Shown one piece after another: positions 1 to 14,740 of a stretch of DNA of 64,000 nt. Source of the stretch: Elusimicrobiota bacterium (GTDB lineage: Bacteria; Elusimicrobiota; Elusimicrobia; UBA1565; JACRDR01). The notes under the pieces are model-generated. The model worked only from the letters and a program-made list of their open reading frames with translations. It did no database searches and had not been told where the DNA came from. The DNA is taken from assembly GCA_041694815.1 (NCBI GenBank), contig JBGFSC010000018.1, positions 10,598-74,597 on the forward strand, given 5' to 3'. Numbering within the stretch: the first letter of the stretch is position 1; each line of letters begins with the position of its first letter. A program made the translations under genes and the position numbers.

Positions 1-489
1 GACGCCGGCGCCGGGCTGCGCCTTTTCTATTCCCGCATCCGCTGGCTCAAGGAGAAGCTCGGACCGGTTCTATGGCAGCTGCCACCAACGATGAGCAAGG
101 CCGATCCCGGCCGGCTCGACGCGTTCTTAAAGGCCCAGCCCAAGGATATCCGCTGCGCGGTGGAATTCCGCCATCCCGCCTGGTATACGCCCGAAATCTG
201 CGACGTGCTCGAACGCCATGGAGCCGCCTTCTGCGAGCATGACCATATCCGGCTGCGGCCGCCGCGCCTGACCGGGGGTTGGCGCTATATCCGCTTCCAC
301 GGCGCCACCGCCAAGCACGAGGGGCGCTACGGCCGGCGCGCCCTGGCCCCCTACGCCCGGGACCTGCGCCGCTGGGCCGATTCCGGCCGGGAGGCCTTCG
401 TTTATTTCAACAACGACGCCCGGGGCGCGGCGATCTACGATGCCGTGGACCTTTCGTCCATGCTTGGGAAGCCGTTACCGTTTAAATAG
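1..489 (+). CDS. DUF72 family protein, 5'-truncated by window edge
   Basis: Frame open from base 1 (KLGPVLWQLPP); motifs AVEFRHPAW, YIRFHG and FVYFNND typical of DUF72. Confidence 0.85.
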   Translation, partial: DAGAGLRLFYSRIRWLKEKLGPVLWQLPPTMSKADPGRLDAFLKAQPKDIRCAVEFRHPAWYTPEICDVLERHGAAFCEHDHIRLRPPRLTGGWRYIRFHGATAKHEGRYGRRALAPYARDLRRWADSGREAFVYFNNDARGAAIYDAVDLSSMLGKPLPFK

Positions 490-557
490 CGAAAGATTCG
501 GGAACTTTCTGAGCCTTCGATCGTATTTATATTGACGTGCATATGCGAACGCCGGTC

Positions 558-586
558 TTGACAAAGTGTAATCGATAGGATACACT
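558..586 (+). promoter_or_regulatory. sigma70 promoter of TA operon with overlapping inverted-repeat operator
   Basis: TTGACA(558-563)-17 bp-TACACT(581-586); AGTGTA(565-570) is the reverse complement of TACACT. Confidence 0.7.
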
Positions 587-589
587 CTC

Positions 590-883
590 GTGCAGACACC
601 GAAGACGCCTGAATTTGACGAATGGCTCGACGGGTTAAGCGCCTATCGGCAAGGTCTTGTCGAGTCGAGATTAAAACGGATTCAAGACTTTAACCATTTC
701 GGTTGGGTCGGCATGCTCGGCGACGGGCTCTTTGAGCTAAAGTGGAAAAATGGTCTCAGGGTTTATTTTGGATACGTTGAAATGAATGGGCGCGCGGCGT
801 TGGTTCTTTTGGGGGGAGAGAAACATGGGCAAAACCGTGATATCGCGAAGGCGCGGGGTATCTTGGCTCGGGAAACCGCGTAA
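590..883 (+). CDS. Type II TA toxin, RelE/ParE superfamily (addiction module killer-like)
   Basis: 97 aa; TPEFDEWL, LGDGLFELK..GLRVYF and LLGGEK.GQNRDI motifs. Confidence 0.8.
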   Translation: MQTPKTPEFDEWLDGLSAYRQGLVESRLKRIQDFNHFGWVGMLGDGLFELKWKNGLRVYFGYVEMNGRAALVLLGGEKHGQNRDIAKARGILARETA

Positions 884-1178
884 GCTGCGGCCAGGGGCAA
901 CCGTTAAAGATCATGATCCCTCTGTTCGGCTTGGAGATCCTGTCTTTATTAGAAAAGCGATCTTCGAAGCGCTCGCTGAAGGAGACTACGAGGCGGTAAC
1001 GGACATTTATCGGGCGCACCTTCGAGTCCTTAATCGCTCTAGAGGGGCTAAGGTGATGGGGGTATCAAGAGGATATTACCATAAGCTGCTCAAGCCATCC
1101 GCCGAACCGTCGCTGCCGACATTTGTGAAATTCATGCATCTACTTAACGTAGAACAGCGTGGCGTAGCGAGGGTATAA
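825..1178 (+). CDS. Antitoxin with HTH (addiction module antidote-like)
   Basis: ATG 825 after GGAG; C-terminal HTH-like AKVMGVSRGYYHKLL...PSLPTFVK; directly follows and overlaps the toxin; start uncertain. Confidence 0.7.
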   Translation: MGKTVISRRRGVSWLGKPRKLRPGATVKDHDPSVRLGDPVFIRKAIFEALAEGDYEAVTDIYRAHLRVLNRSRGAKVMGVSRGYYHKLLKPSAEPSLPTFVKFMHLLNVEQRGVARV

Positions 1179-1179
1179 G

Positions 1180-2346
1180 TTACGGCGGGGAAAGCGCGGT
1201 TCCCAACAAATCCGACTCGATCGCGGCTTTCTTGAGGAACGGCTTGACGAAATCCGCGAATTCCCAAAGGTCCTTCGCCTTGAGGGCCTGCTTGTAAATG
1301 GAGAGGGCTCCCGCGCGATCGCCCATCACATCCTTGACCTGCGCCAGGCGGATCAGCGAGAACAAGGCCCAGCGATTGGGCACCTTGGGCTGCAGTGCCT
1401 CGGCTCCCCGAGCGAAGGCTTCGGCGGCCTTAGGCCAATCCCGGGTCAGGAAATAGGCGGTGCCCAATCCCACGTAGCCGCGGGGCTCGTAGCGCGCGTC
1501 GTAGAACGGCTTGCGCTCGCGTATGGCCTTAAGATACGCCTGGGCGCTCTGGAGCGCCTCCTGTGCCAGGCGGTTCTCGTAGAGATAGATCATCTCGACG
1601 AAGTGGAACAGGGAATTCTTGGGGAATTTCTGGCGGATCTCCCGGATCAGACGCAACCCTTCCTTCGGGTTGTAGACCTTGGCGTTGCGATCGGCGTAGG
1701 CCTCGACCAAGATCAGCTTCGCGGCGGTGGCGGTGTGCTCTCCCTTTTCCGCCGCGATCTTGAGCCGCGCCATGCCGCGGAAAGTGTCGCCGCGGATGGC
1801 CACGAGCTTCCCTAGGACCTTGATGACCCCGGGCAGCGTATCGGTATAATAATCCCACATGCCCAGGCCCATATTGACGTCGTAGAGTTTGGGATCGAGC
1901 TTCTCCGCCTTCTTAATGAGGCTTAGGGCCTTGGTCCCGTCCCAATAGGCCCTCACCCAGCGATGCATGGTCAGCGCCAGCCGGCTGCGCATGCCGTACA
2001 TCCCGCCCAAGCACAAATACCCCTCCGCGTCCGTCGGGTGATCCTTGATCCAACGATGCCCCTGCGGTATGGCCTCGGCGATCAGCTTCTCGAACTCGTC
2101 GTGGGTTTTGATGTCGGAGCCTTCCTGCTGGTATTCGAAGCGGGCCCAGGAGGCGGTGGCCAGCCCGAAGTAGCCGTAGGGGATGCCCGGGTATTCCTGA
2201 AGCAGGGCGCGAAAGGTCTTTTCGCAATCGTCGAAATCCATCAGGTAGATGTCATCGATGCCGCGCTGGATGCGGCGGCTGATCTCCTCCGGCTTCGCGA
2301 AGGCCGGCAGCGACAAGGAGAAGCTTAAGAGAAGGGCCAGTGTCAC
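1180..2346 (-). CDS. Exported TPR-repeat protein
   Basis: N-terminal signal peptide (LALLLSFSLSLPAFA) and multiple TPR-like helices; 4-nt overlap with serS. Confidence 0.7.
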   Translation of the reverse strand: MTLALLLSFSLSLPAFAKPEEISRRIQRGIDDIYLMDFDDCEKTFRALLQEYPGIPYGYFGLATASWARFEYQQEGSDIKTHDEFEKLIAEAIPQGHRWIKDHPTDAEGYLCLGGMYGMRSRLALTMHRWVRAYWDGTKALSLIKKAEKLDPKLYDVNMGLGMWDYYTDTLPGVIKVLGKLVAIRGDTFRGMARLKIAAEKGEHTATAAKLILVEAYADRNAKVYNPKEGLRLIREIRQKFPKNSLFHFVEMIYLYENRLAQEALQSAQAYLKAIRERKPFYDARYEPRGYVGLGTAYFLTRDWPKAAEAFARGAEALQPKVPNRWALFSLIRLAQVKDVMGDRAGALSIYKQALKAKDLWEFADFVKPFLKKAAIESDLLGTALSPP

Positions 2347-3647
2347 GGAGCGATCGAATCTTGGCCGAAGTATCGCTGGAGCGCCTGGGGGACGGCGACG
2401 GAGCCGTCCGCGCGCTGGAAATTCTCAAGAATGGCGGCCAGGGTGCGGCCCACCGCGACGCCGCTCCCGTTCAAGGTGTGGACGAACTCCGTCGGCGACT
2501 TGGGCCCGCGGCGAAAGCGCGCGTTCATGCGCCGGGCCTGGAAATCCCAGCAATTGGAACATGAGGAAACTTCGCGGTAGCGCTTTTCGCTCGGCATCCA
2601 GACCTCTAAGTCGTAGGTCCGGCAGGAGGCGAACCCCAGGTCCGCCGTGCATAGCTCCACCACGCGGTACGGGAGCTCCAGGGCCTGCAAGACCGCCTCC
2701 GCGTGTCTGGTCAATTCCTCGAGCGCGCTAAGGGAGTCCTCGGGCTTGGTGACCCATACCAATTCCACCTTGTCGAACTGGTGCACGCGGATCATGCCGC
2801 GAGTATCCTTGCCGTAGGAGCCCGATTCCTGCCGGAAGCAGGGGGTGGCGGCGGTCCAGCGCAACGGCAATTGACCTTCTTCGAATATCCTCTCGCGCGC
2901 GAGATTCGTCAAAGGAATCTCGGAAGTGGATATCAGGTACATCTCGCTGGAACCGGACTCGGAGGAGGACTGGGTCGCGTACATGTCCTCCTTGAACTTG
3001 GGGAGCTGCCCGGTCCCTTCCAATATCTCGGGACGCACGAGATAAGGGGGGGAAACCTCCGCGTAGGCGTGCTGGATCGTGTGCAGGTCCAGCATGAAGC
3101 TGGTCAAGGCCCGCGAGAGCTTCGAGCCGGCTCCCTTGAGCATGACGAACCGGGATCCCGAGAGCCTGGCGGCCGCCTCCATGTCGAGTATTCCCAGTTT
3201 CTCGCCGAGGCTCTGATGGTCGAGGGGCTTGAACTGGAAATCGGCCGGGGCCGGCCCCCCGCGCCTGCGCTCGACATTATCGGCCTCGCTGTGTCCGACC
3301 GGCGCATCGGCGTGGGGAAGGTTGGGAATCGAGAGCAGGGCCTGGCGGATGGCGGCTTCGGCTTCGCCCAAGGCCTTCTCTTTTTCCTGCATCAGGGCCT
3401 TGAGATGGGACGTCTCTTCCATTACCGCCGCCGCGGCCGCCTCATCCTTGGCCGCCTTTGCCTTGCCGACCTTCTCGGATAAGGCATTGCGGCGGCCTCG
3501 AAGCTGCTCGACCTCCTTGAGCAGCGAACGGTGGGACTCGTCGCGGCTTAAGAAATCTTCTAAGTACGGCAGGTAGCGTCCCGAACGATCGCTCAAACCT
3601 TGGCGCGCGCGCTGCGGCTCGGCGCGCAGCAGCTTGGGATCATTCAT
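2343..3647 (-). CDS. serS: Seryl-tRNA synthetase
   Basis: N-terminal coiled coil; GTGQLPKF, CFRQESGSYGKDTRGMIRVHQFDKVE, EVSSCSNC and HTLNGSGVA motifs. Confidence 0.98.
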   Translation of the reverse strand: MNDPKLLRAEPQRARQGLSDRSGRYLPYLEDFLSRDESHRSLLKEVEQLRGRRNALSEKVGKAKAAKDEAAAAAVMEETSHLKALMQEKEKALGEAEAAIRQALLSIPNLPHADAPVGHSEADNVERRRGGPAPADFQFKPLDHQSLGEKLGILDMEAAARLSGSRFVMLKGAGSKLSRALTSFMLDLHTIQHAYAEVSPPYLVRPEILEGTGQLPKFKEDMYATQSSSESGSSEMYLISTSEIPLTNLARERIFEEGQLPLRWTAATPCFRQESGSYGKDTRGMIRVHQFDKVELVWVTKPEDSLSALEELTRHAEAVLQALELPYRVVELCTADLGFASCRTYDLEVWMPSEKRYREVSSCSNCWDFQARRMNARFRRGPKSPTEFVHTLNGSGVAVGRTLAAILENFQRADGSVAVPQALQRYFGQDSIAP

Positions 3648-4152
3648 GGCGCGGCGATCTGTAGGGTTCTGTCAAGTATCCGCTCGGAGAGGTCCTCTCC
3701 GGCTCTCGGCTCCACCATGACCTCGACCTTGAGCGCGTCCGGCCAATGCCCGGAATGTAAGGCCCTCTTTAAGAAGACCCCGAGCGCAGGGGTATCGAGC
3801 GGGATATTCCGGACCGAGTTGGCCTTGACCCGTGGGATGCGCCGCTCCTCGGTCCAGAACGGAACAGTCCATATCCCGGCCCTTCCGGCGCCCAACTGGA
3901 CCAGGCGCGCGCTCACCGCGTAGCGCAGGACGATGCCGTCGGCCGGCTTCGGGCCGCGATTGACCAAGGATACCAGCACCCGGGGACGGCTTCGGATCGG
4001 CAACGCCGGGGCCTGGCCCCAACGCTCGGTGGCATGGTAGGCCTTCCCGGGCGGCGCCTGCCGCAATTGCCATTCGACGCGCTTGAGGACCACCTCCGCG
4101 GTCGCCGGGGAGAACTCGGCGGCGGCGAGGAGAAGGGAGCAGACGACGCGCA

Positions 4153-4153
<1 letters not shown>
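3644..4153 (-). CDS. Hypothetical exported protein
   Basis: 169 aa with signal-like N-terminus; abuts gyrA stop and overlaps serS start by 4 nt. Confidence 0.6.
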
Positions 4154-6660
<2,507 letters not shown>

Positions 6661-6669
6661 GTCGCCTCC

Positions 6670-9264
<2,595 letters not shown>

Positions 9265-9555
9265 TCACCGCGCCGTCTTAATCGCCTTGATCCAACCCGT
9301 CTTGAAATACTTATTGAGGCCCCGGAGTATTCCCGGGCTTCTCATCTGCAGCTCCTGCGCCGCCGCTGGGGAGCTCGTCGACACGTACAGGACCCCCCGG
9401 CGGACGCCGCTTAGGCGCCAATGCTTCGAAAAATGACCGACCTCCTTGTCCCAAACGGACGCCAATATCGCCAATCGGTCTGGCTGGGTGCCCGCCTTGA
9501 ACGAAAAACTCCGGAGGATATCCTTGGCGCTTGTCCATGTCACTTGGTTTTTCAT
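9265..9555 (-). CDS. DUF721/DciA-like protein (putative helicase loader)
   Basis: 96 aa between dnaN and gyrB; W...VG and GVLYVSTSSPAAAQEL pattern of DUF721. Confidence 0.75.
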   Translation of the reverse strand: MKNQVTWTSAKDILRSFSFKAGTQPDRLAILASVWDKEVGHFSKHWRLSGVRRGVLYVSTSSPAAAQELQMRSPGILRGLNKYFKTGWIKAIKTAR

Positions 9556-10661
9556 ACCCTCATTGGCATCACGACATAACGGTAGTCCGCGTCCCCCGCC
9601 GATTCTATCAGCGTCGGATTGACCGGAGCGGTGAAGCCTAAAATCACCTTGTCGGCGTCGAAGGCCTTAAGCCCTTCTAGGATGAACTGCGGATTGAAGG
9701 CGATGGCAAACTCCTCTCCCTTATATTCCGCAGGCAACTCGTCGTCAAACTCAAGGTTTTGGCTAGAGGCGTGCACGTGCAAGACACCTGGTCTGAGCGT
9801 GTACTTTACGGAACCGCCGCGATCCGTGGCGCACAAGGAAGCCCGTTTCGTGATCCCCCAAAGAGCCTTGGCGTCCATAGGCACCTGGATGTCCTTTTTT
9901 ACCGGAATAACTTGTTCGTAATTCGGGAAGCTACCCTCAACCAGGCGGGAAAGCAGCGTCGTCGTCTTGAATTGGAAGGTGATTTGGTTCTCGGTCACGG
10001 ATACGGCAACCTTATCTTCTTCGCCCTTCACCTCCTGAGATAGAATGCGCAGTAGTTCCGCCAATATCTTGGTCGGGACGATGACACGGAACTCCTTGTC
10101 CTTCGGGAGGCAGGCCCTGCGTATGACGGCCAGTCGGCGGCCGTCGGTCGCGACAATCTCGAGCACACCACGCGATCCCACCCAAAAGGCGCCATTGAGC
10201 ACATGCCGGGTCTCGTCGGAAGAGGCCGAAAATAAGGTCTTGCGGATCATCTCCTCAAGTGACTTGCCTGGAAGGCTGAACGCATTAGACGGGTTGAGTT
10301 CCGGCAGCACCGGGTATTCGGATTTAGGGGCACCGATGATGCTAAAGCGCGAGCGTCCGCTTTTTAGGTGGACCTTTCCTCCGGGCTCAACGCTTAAGTC
10401 GATGTCGTGGTCGTCCTGGAGGGTATGGATGATGTCGGAGAATTTCTTGGCGGGTATCGTGATGCTGCCGCCCGATTCGATCTCGGCGGGAATATAATGC
10501 TTGACTCCCATCTCCAGGTCGGTGGACACCAATTTCAGCCTTGAATTCTCGGTTTCCACAAGAAAATTCAACAGGATCGGCAAAGTGGTCCGGGAGGAAA
10601 GGGCTGATTGGATCGTTTGAACCCCACGAGAAAGATCCGCCTTACTGCAATGTATTTTCAT
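9552..10661 (-). CDS. dnaN: DNA polymerase III beta sliding clamp
   Basis: STDLE, VATDGRRLA, SRLVEGSFPNYEQVIP and C-terminal YVVMPMR; follows dnaA. Confidence 0.97.
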   Translation of the reverse strand: MKIHCSKADLSRGVQTIQSALSSRTTLPILLNFLVETENSRLKLVSTDLEMGVKHYIPAEIESGGSITIPAKKFSDIIHTLQDDHDIDLSVEPGGKVHLKSGRSRFSIIGAPKSEYPVLPELNPSNAFSLPGKSLEEMIRKTLFSASSDETRHVLNGAFWVGSRGVLEIVATDGRRLAVIRRACLPKDKEFRVIVPTKILAELLRILSQEVKGEEDKVAVSVTENQITFQFKTTTLLSRLVEGSFPNYEQVIPVKKDIQVPMDAKALWGITKRASLCATDRGGSVKYTLRPGVLHVHASSQNLEFDDELPAEYKGEEFAIAFNPQFILEGLKAFDADKVILGFTAPVNPTLIESAGDADYRYVVMPMRV

Positions 10662-10824
10662 AGAGAGTAGTCCTCATCATCAGCCATCAAGTCATGTGGA
10701 TAAGGCGATTTCTTCACGGAAATGTCACAGGGGAACCTGTTCATAACTCCGTTTTATTACCCACAATATCCACAGCGTCAAATTTTTTACACATAATTTC
10801 CTAGAAACCTACATATTATCCACA
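10662..10824. other. oriC part between dnaA and dnaN (DnaA-box cluster)
   Basis: Perfect boxes TGTGGATAA 10695-10703 and TTATCCACA 10816-10824; near-matches at 10738, 10757, 10766 and 10785; AT-rich. Confidence 0.85.
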
Positions 10825-12161
10825 GATTTAATTTTTTCGGTTAAATCCGTCACCAACTGAACGAAGAAAGGATCTTTTTCCAGCATTGCCGCTATTTTTT
10901 CCCGTGCATGAATTACCGTCGTGTGGTCCCGGCCGCCGAAGGCGTGGCCGATATCGGTGGTGGATAAGTCGGTCAGGGTACAGGCTAGATACATCGCGAG
11001 CTGGCGCGGCAGCGCGATTTCATTCGTCCGAGACCGAGATTTCATACTCTTGACATCAATCGAGTATTTCTGAGCGACCACCTTTTGGATGGTCTCCACC
11101 CTTACCGGCGAACCAGAATCCGGGCCGATGGAGTCCTTGAGCACTTCCTTGGCGATGTCGACCGTCAGTTGGCTGGCCGTTAGGGAGGCGAAGGCGCTAA
11201 GGCGGATCAAAGAACCCTCGAGCTCGCGGATATTGGTCTTGATCACCGAGGCAATGTAGAGGATGACATCGTCCGGGACGAAGAGTTGTTCAGCTTCAGC
11301 CTTTTTACGCAGAATAGCGATCCGGGTCTCTAAATCCGGCGGTTTAATATCGACAACCACCCCCCATTCGAAACGGGAAATGAGGCGCTGTTCCGACGGG
11401 GCCATCTCCTTGGGCGCGCGATCGGAGGAGATAATCACCTGCTTATGGGCGTCGAAAAGGGAATTGAACGTATAGAAAAATTCCTCTTCGCTGCGTCCCT
11501 TAGCGATCAGGAATTGGATATCGTCCATGAGTAAGCAATCGAGGTTGCGGTACTTGCCACGGAAGGCATCCGGCTTGTCATAGCGTAGGGAATCAATGAA
11601 CTCGTTAACGAATTGCTCGGAGGTCGTATATAGGACGCGCGCACGCGTGTGCTCCTTGCGGATGGCGTTTCCTATAGCATGCATGAGGTGCGTCTTTCCC
11701 AAACCGACGCCCCCATAGATGAAAAAGGGATTGTACTGCTTGCCGGGATTCTTGCTAATCGCTTCGGCCGTGGCATGCGCGAAGCGGTTGGAGGCTCCGA
11801 CGACGAATGTCGAGAAGGTGTAGCGAGGGTTGAGTTCGCTAAGCGAAAATTCGGATTGGGCCTGGGCGTGCAAGGTCGGATCGGTCCGCGGCAAGACCCC
11901 TTGAAGATCCTTGGCAACGCTGTAATCGAGAGCGATTTCGGTACCGGTCGCGCTCTTGAGCAGACCTTCGATCTTGCGCTGGTAATGGTCCTTGATCCAC
12001 TCGGAGAAAAATTTATTGGGGACGCGAACGCGCATCAAGCGATTCTCCAAAGAGAGCGGTTCGACGGGGCGCAACCAGAGCTCGACGTTGTCATTGCCTA
12101 TTTCCGGTCGAAGCTTATCTACGCACTCCTTCCAGAGCTCCGGCAAACTCCAGTTATTCAC
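10809..12161 (-). CDS. dnaA: Chromosomal replication initiator DnaA
   Basis: YNPFFIYGGVGLGKTHL Walker A, LLMDDIQF, SRFEWG, NIRELEG and FGGRDHTTVIHA. Confidence 0.99.
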   Translation of the reverse strand: MNNWSLPELWKECVDKLRPEIGNDNVELWLRPVEPLSLENRLMRVRVPNKFFSEWIKDHYQRKIEGLLKSATGTEIALDYSVAKDLQGVLPRTDPTLHAQAQSEFSLSELNPRYTFSTFVVGASNRFAHATAEAISKNPGKQYNPFFIYGGVGLGKTHLMHAIGNAIRKEHTRARVLYTTSEQFVNEFIDSLRYDKPDAFRGKYRNLDCLLMDDIQFLIAKGRSEEEFFYTFNSLFDAHKQVIISSDRAPKEMAPSEQRLISRFEWGVVVDIKPPDLETRIAILRKKAEAEQLFVPDDVILYIASVIKTNIRELEGSLIRLSAFASLTASQLTVDIAKEVLKDSIGPDSGSPVRVETIQKVVAQKYSIDVKSMKSRSRTNEIALPRQLAMYLACTLTDLSTTDIGHAFGGRDHTTVIHAREKIAAMLEKDPFFVQLVTDLTEKIKSVDNM

Positions 12162-12230
12162 AGGTTATCCACAGATGTTTATAACTTGGAATCGCAAAAA
12201 ATTAAGTATATTTTATATACGTTTTTATTC
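12154..12230. promoter_or_regulatory. DnaA boxes and AT-rich tract at the 5' end of dnaA
   Basis: TTATTCACA 12154-12162 overlaps the GTG start; TTATCCACA 12165-12173; TGTTTATAA 12176-12184; AT-rich tract follows. Confidence 0.8.
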
Positions 12231-12305
12231 GAAGCGAAGGAGAATAACTGCTTCATTTAGTACCGGATAAAACAAAAAAATCAGCGCCGCCAGCGACGAT
12301 GCGTC

Positions 12306-12334
12306 ATCATATGTAATTTGCTTCGTCAAGTCAA
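12306..12334 (-). promoter_or_regulatory. Putative sigma70 promoter of dnaA
   Basis: Minus strand TTGACT-17 bp-TATGAT. Confidence 0.6.
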
Positions 12335-12360
12335 CTCAATCCGCAGCGGATTAGCTTGAA

Positions 12361-12389
12361 TTGACAGTATTACCGCAAAGTGATTAAAT
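12361..12389 (+). promoter_or_regulatory. Putative sigma70 promoter of hpf-PTS operon
   Basis: TTGACA-17 bp-TTAAAT; -10 is imperfect. Confidence 0.45.
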
Positions 12390-12410
12390 GGAATAGAAGC
12401 CGTTTATTCC

Positions 12411-12932
12411 ATGCAAATTCATATCACCGGAAGGCGCATTCGTCTGAGCCCGCCGCTTCGCGCGTACGTGGAGCAGAAACTCCAAAAAGCGCAAAAATAT
12501 TTTAACCATATCATTTGGGCGCAGGTCATGCTTTCCGTAGAGAAGAAGGCCCAGCAGGCGGAGATCGTCGTCCACGCCGCGAGGCATACCTTCCGCGCCC
12601 TCGCCCGCGGACTTGACCTTTACTCCGCGGTGGACCTGGCCTCCGACAAAATCGACGCCCAGTTGAAAAAATATAAAGAGCGCTTACGCAATCACCATAA
12701 GGGAGCGCACGAGCCGACCCTCGAAACGCCTCCGGCGCCGCCGGTCCGTTTTTCCATCATCAAGCAGCAACTCACGCCTATCACCCGCGAAGAGGCAGCC
12801 AACGACATGGAACGGCTCGGACAGAAATTCCGCATGTTCTGGGACCGAAGCACGGGCCATGTCTGCGTCGTATACCGTCGAGAAGACGAATCCTACGGCC
12901 TGCTACAGGCCGTCAAGAAGAACGGCCGGTGA
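12411..12932 (+). CDS. hpf: Ribosome hibernation promoting factor, long form (HPF/RaiA)
   Basis: MQIHITGR..LSPPLRAYVEQKL, DLYSAVD..DKI..QL.KYKERL, C-terminal EEA..ME.LG..F and VVYRR..YGLL. Confidence 0.92.
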   Translation: MQIHITGRRIRLSPPLRAYVEQKLQKAQKYFNHIIWAQVMLSVEKKAQQAEIVVHAARHTFRALARGLDLYSAVDLASDKIDAQLKKYKERLRNHHKGAHEPTLETPPAPPVRFSIIKQQLTPITREEAANDMERLGQKFRMFWDRSTGHVCVVYRREDESYGLLQAVKKNGR

Positions 12933-13876
12933 ACGCCCTTAGCGTCGGAGAGCTCCTAAAGGAGCAGCGGGCCCGACTCAAGCTCGAGCTCATCACGGGC
13001 GAAAAGTCCTTGGGTCGCCATATCACGATCGCCGACGTGAACCGGCCGGGATTGTCCCTCGCCGGTCATTTGGAGCACTTTCGGGCCGAACGCATACAGA
13101 TCATCGGCCGCGGGGAGCACGCGTATTGCTCGAAAGCTCCGGCCAAGACCTTGGCGGACAACCTGGGCAAGATGCTTTCCCGGCCGGAGCTCCCGTGTCT
13201 GGTCATCACCCGCAACCTGAGCACCCCGGCCGCGCTCGCGCAGGCCTGCAGGAAATACAACGTCCCGCTTTTGCGCAGCAGCCTCGATACGGCCGCCTTC
13301 GTGGGTGAGCTCGCGGCGTTCCTGGAGCACCGCCTCGCGCCCATGACGCGGCTGCACGGCGTACTCGTCGACGTTTACGGGCTGGGGGTCCTTATCCAGG
13401 GAGACAGCGGGATCGGAAAGTCGGAATGCGCCCTCGAGCTGCTCAAGCGGGGGCATATCCTCGTCTCCGACGACGTCGTCGAGATCCATAAGCGGCGGGG
13501 CGGGGTCCTTTTGGGCAGCTGCCCGGAACCGCTCAAGCATTACATGGAAGTGAGGGGCTTGGGTATCATCGACGTCAAATTGCTTTTTGGAATCGGATCC
13601 ATCCTCAACCAATCCCGCGTCGAGCTCGCGATCTACCTCGACCCGTGGGAGTCGACGACCCAGTACGAGCGGGTCGGCATGGAGCTTAAGACCTCCAAGA
13701 TACTGGGGATCGACGTGCCGACCGTACACATCCCGGTAAGCCCGGGACGGAATCTCGCGGTGCTCATCGAAGTGGCCGCCTTGAACCAGAGGCTCCGCTC
13801 GCAAGGATACGTCAGCGCCCTGACGTTCAACCAGAGCTTGATCGAGCGCATGCGCAAAACGAGCGAGCGGACGTAG
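12929..13876 (+). CDS. hprK: HPr kinase/phosphorylase
   Basis: NRPGL, LHGVLVDVYGLGVLIQGDSGIGKSECALEL, EVRGLGII and PGRNLA motifs. Confidence 0.96.
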   Translation: MNALSVGELLKEQRARLKLELITGEKSLGRHITIADVNRPGLSLAGHLEHFRAERIQIIGRGEHAYCSKAPAKTLADNLGKMLSRPELPCLVITRNLSTPAALAQACRKYNVPLLRSSLDTAAFVGELAAFLEHRLAPMTRLHGVLVDVYGLGVLIQGDSGIGKSECALELLKRGHILVSDDVVEIHKRRGGVLLGSCPEPLKHYMEVRGLGIIDVKLLFGIGSILNQSRVELAIYLDPWESTTQYERVGMELKTSKILGIDVPTVHIPVSPGRNLAVLIEVAALNQRLRSQGYVSALTFNQSLIERMRKTSERT

Positions 13877-13882
13877 GCTCCG

Positions 13883-14740
13883 ATGAAGCCGAAGGGCCGC
13901 AAGCTGTTCATTATCACGGGTGTTTCGGGAGCCGGGAAAAGCCAGGCCTTGAAATGCTTCGAGGATTTCGGCTTCTTCTGCGTCGACAACCTGCCGATCG
14001 CCCTGCTGGGACAGTTTTCCCAGCTGCTAGCCAAGCGTCCGGAGCTCTTGCGCGTCGCCCTGGGCATCGACGTGCGCGAGGGCAAATTCTTGAAGGACCT
14101 TGGCTCGTGGCTCAAGGACATCCGTAGCAAGGGCTTGGATTACCGGATTCTCTTTTTGGACGCCTCCGACCGCGTCGTCGTCCAGCGATTCTCGGAGACC
14201 CGGCACCGGCATCCGCTCGGTACCAACGTCGTCGATGCGGTTCGGCGCGAACGGCGCATCCTCATGGACATCAAGGCGATGGCCGACAAGGTCATCGATA
14301 CGACCGGCATGACCTTAGGAGAGCTCAAGGAAACCTTGTCGATGGCGTTGGAATTGAGGGGAACCAAGGAAATGAATCTTTCGCTGGTTTCCTTCGGATA
14401 CAAATTTGGGATCCCGTTGGACGCGGACCTGGTTTTCGACGTCCGCTTTCTCCCCAACCCCAACTACGAGCCCAGGCTGCGCCGCAAGAACGGGTTGGAC
14501 CGCGCGGTGCGCCAGTATCTCCTCGCGCAGCCAGCCGCGAACGAGTTCTTGAGGAAATTTTCGGACTTGATCCAGTCGCTGCTGCCGCATTACATCCACG
14601 AAGGCAAGTCCTATCTGACATTGGCCGTCGGCTGCACGGGCGGCCATCACCGTAGCGTCTTCATCACGCACGACCTGGTTCGTACACTCCAGAAGCAGGG
14701 CTACACGGTGCGCGAATTCCACCGGGATATCCACCGCTGA
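13883..14740 (+). CDS. rapZ: RNase adapter RapZ/YvcJ P-loop protein
   Basis: ITGVSGAGKS, CVDNLP, SFGYKFG, FDVRFLPNP and GCTGGHHRSV. Confidence 0.95.
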   Translation: MKPKGRKLFIITGVSGAGKSQALKCFEDFGFFCVDNLPIALLGQFSQLLAKRPELLRVALGIDVREGKFLKDLGSWLKDIRSKGLDYRILFLDASDRVVVQRFSETRHRHPLGTNVVDAVRRERRILMDIKAMADKVIDTTGMTLGELKETLSMALELRGTKEMNLSLVSFGYKFGIPLDADLVFDVRFLPNPNYEPRLRRKNGLDRAVRQYLLAQPAANEFLRKFSDLIQSLLPHYIHEGKSYLTLAVGCTGGHHRSVFITHDLVRTLQKQGYTVREFHRDIHR

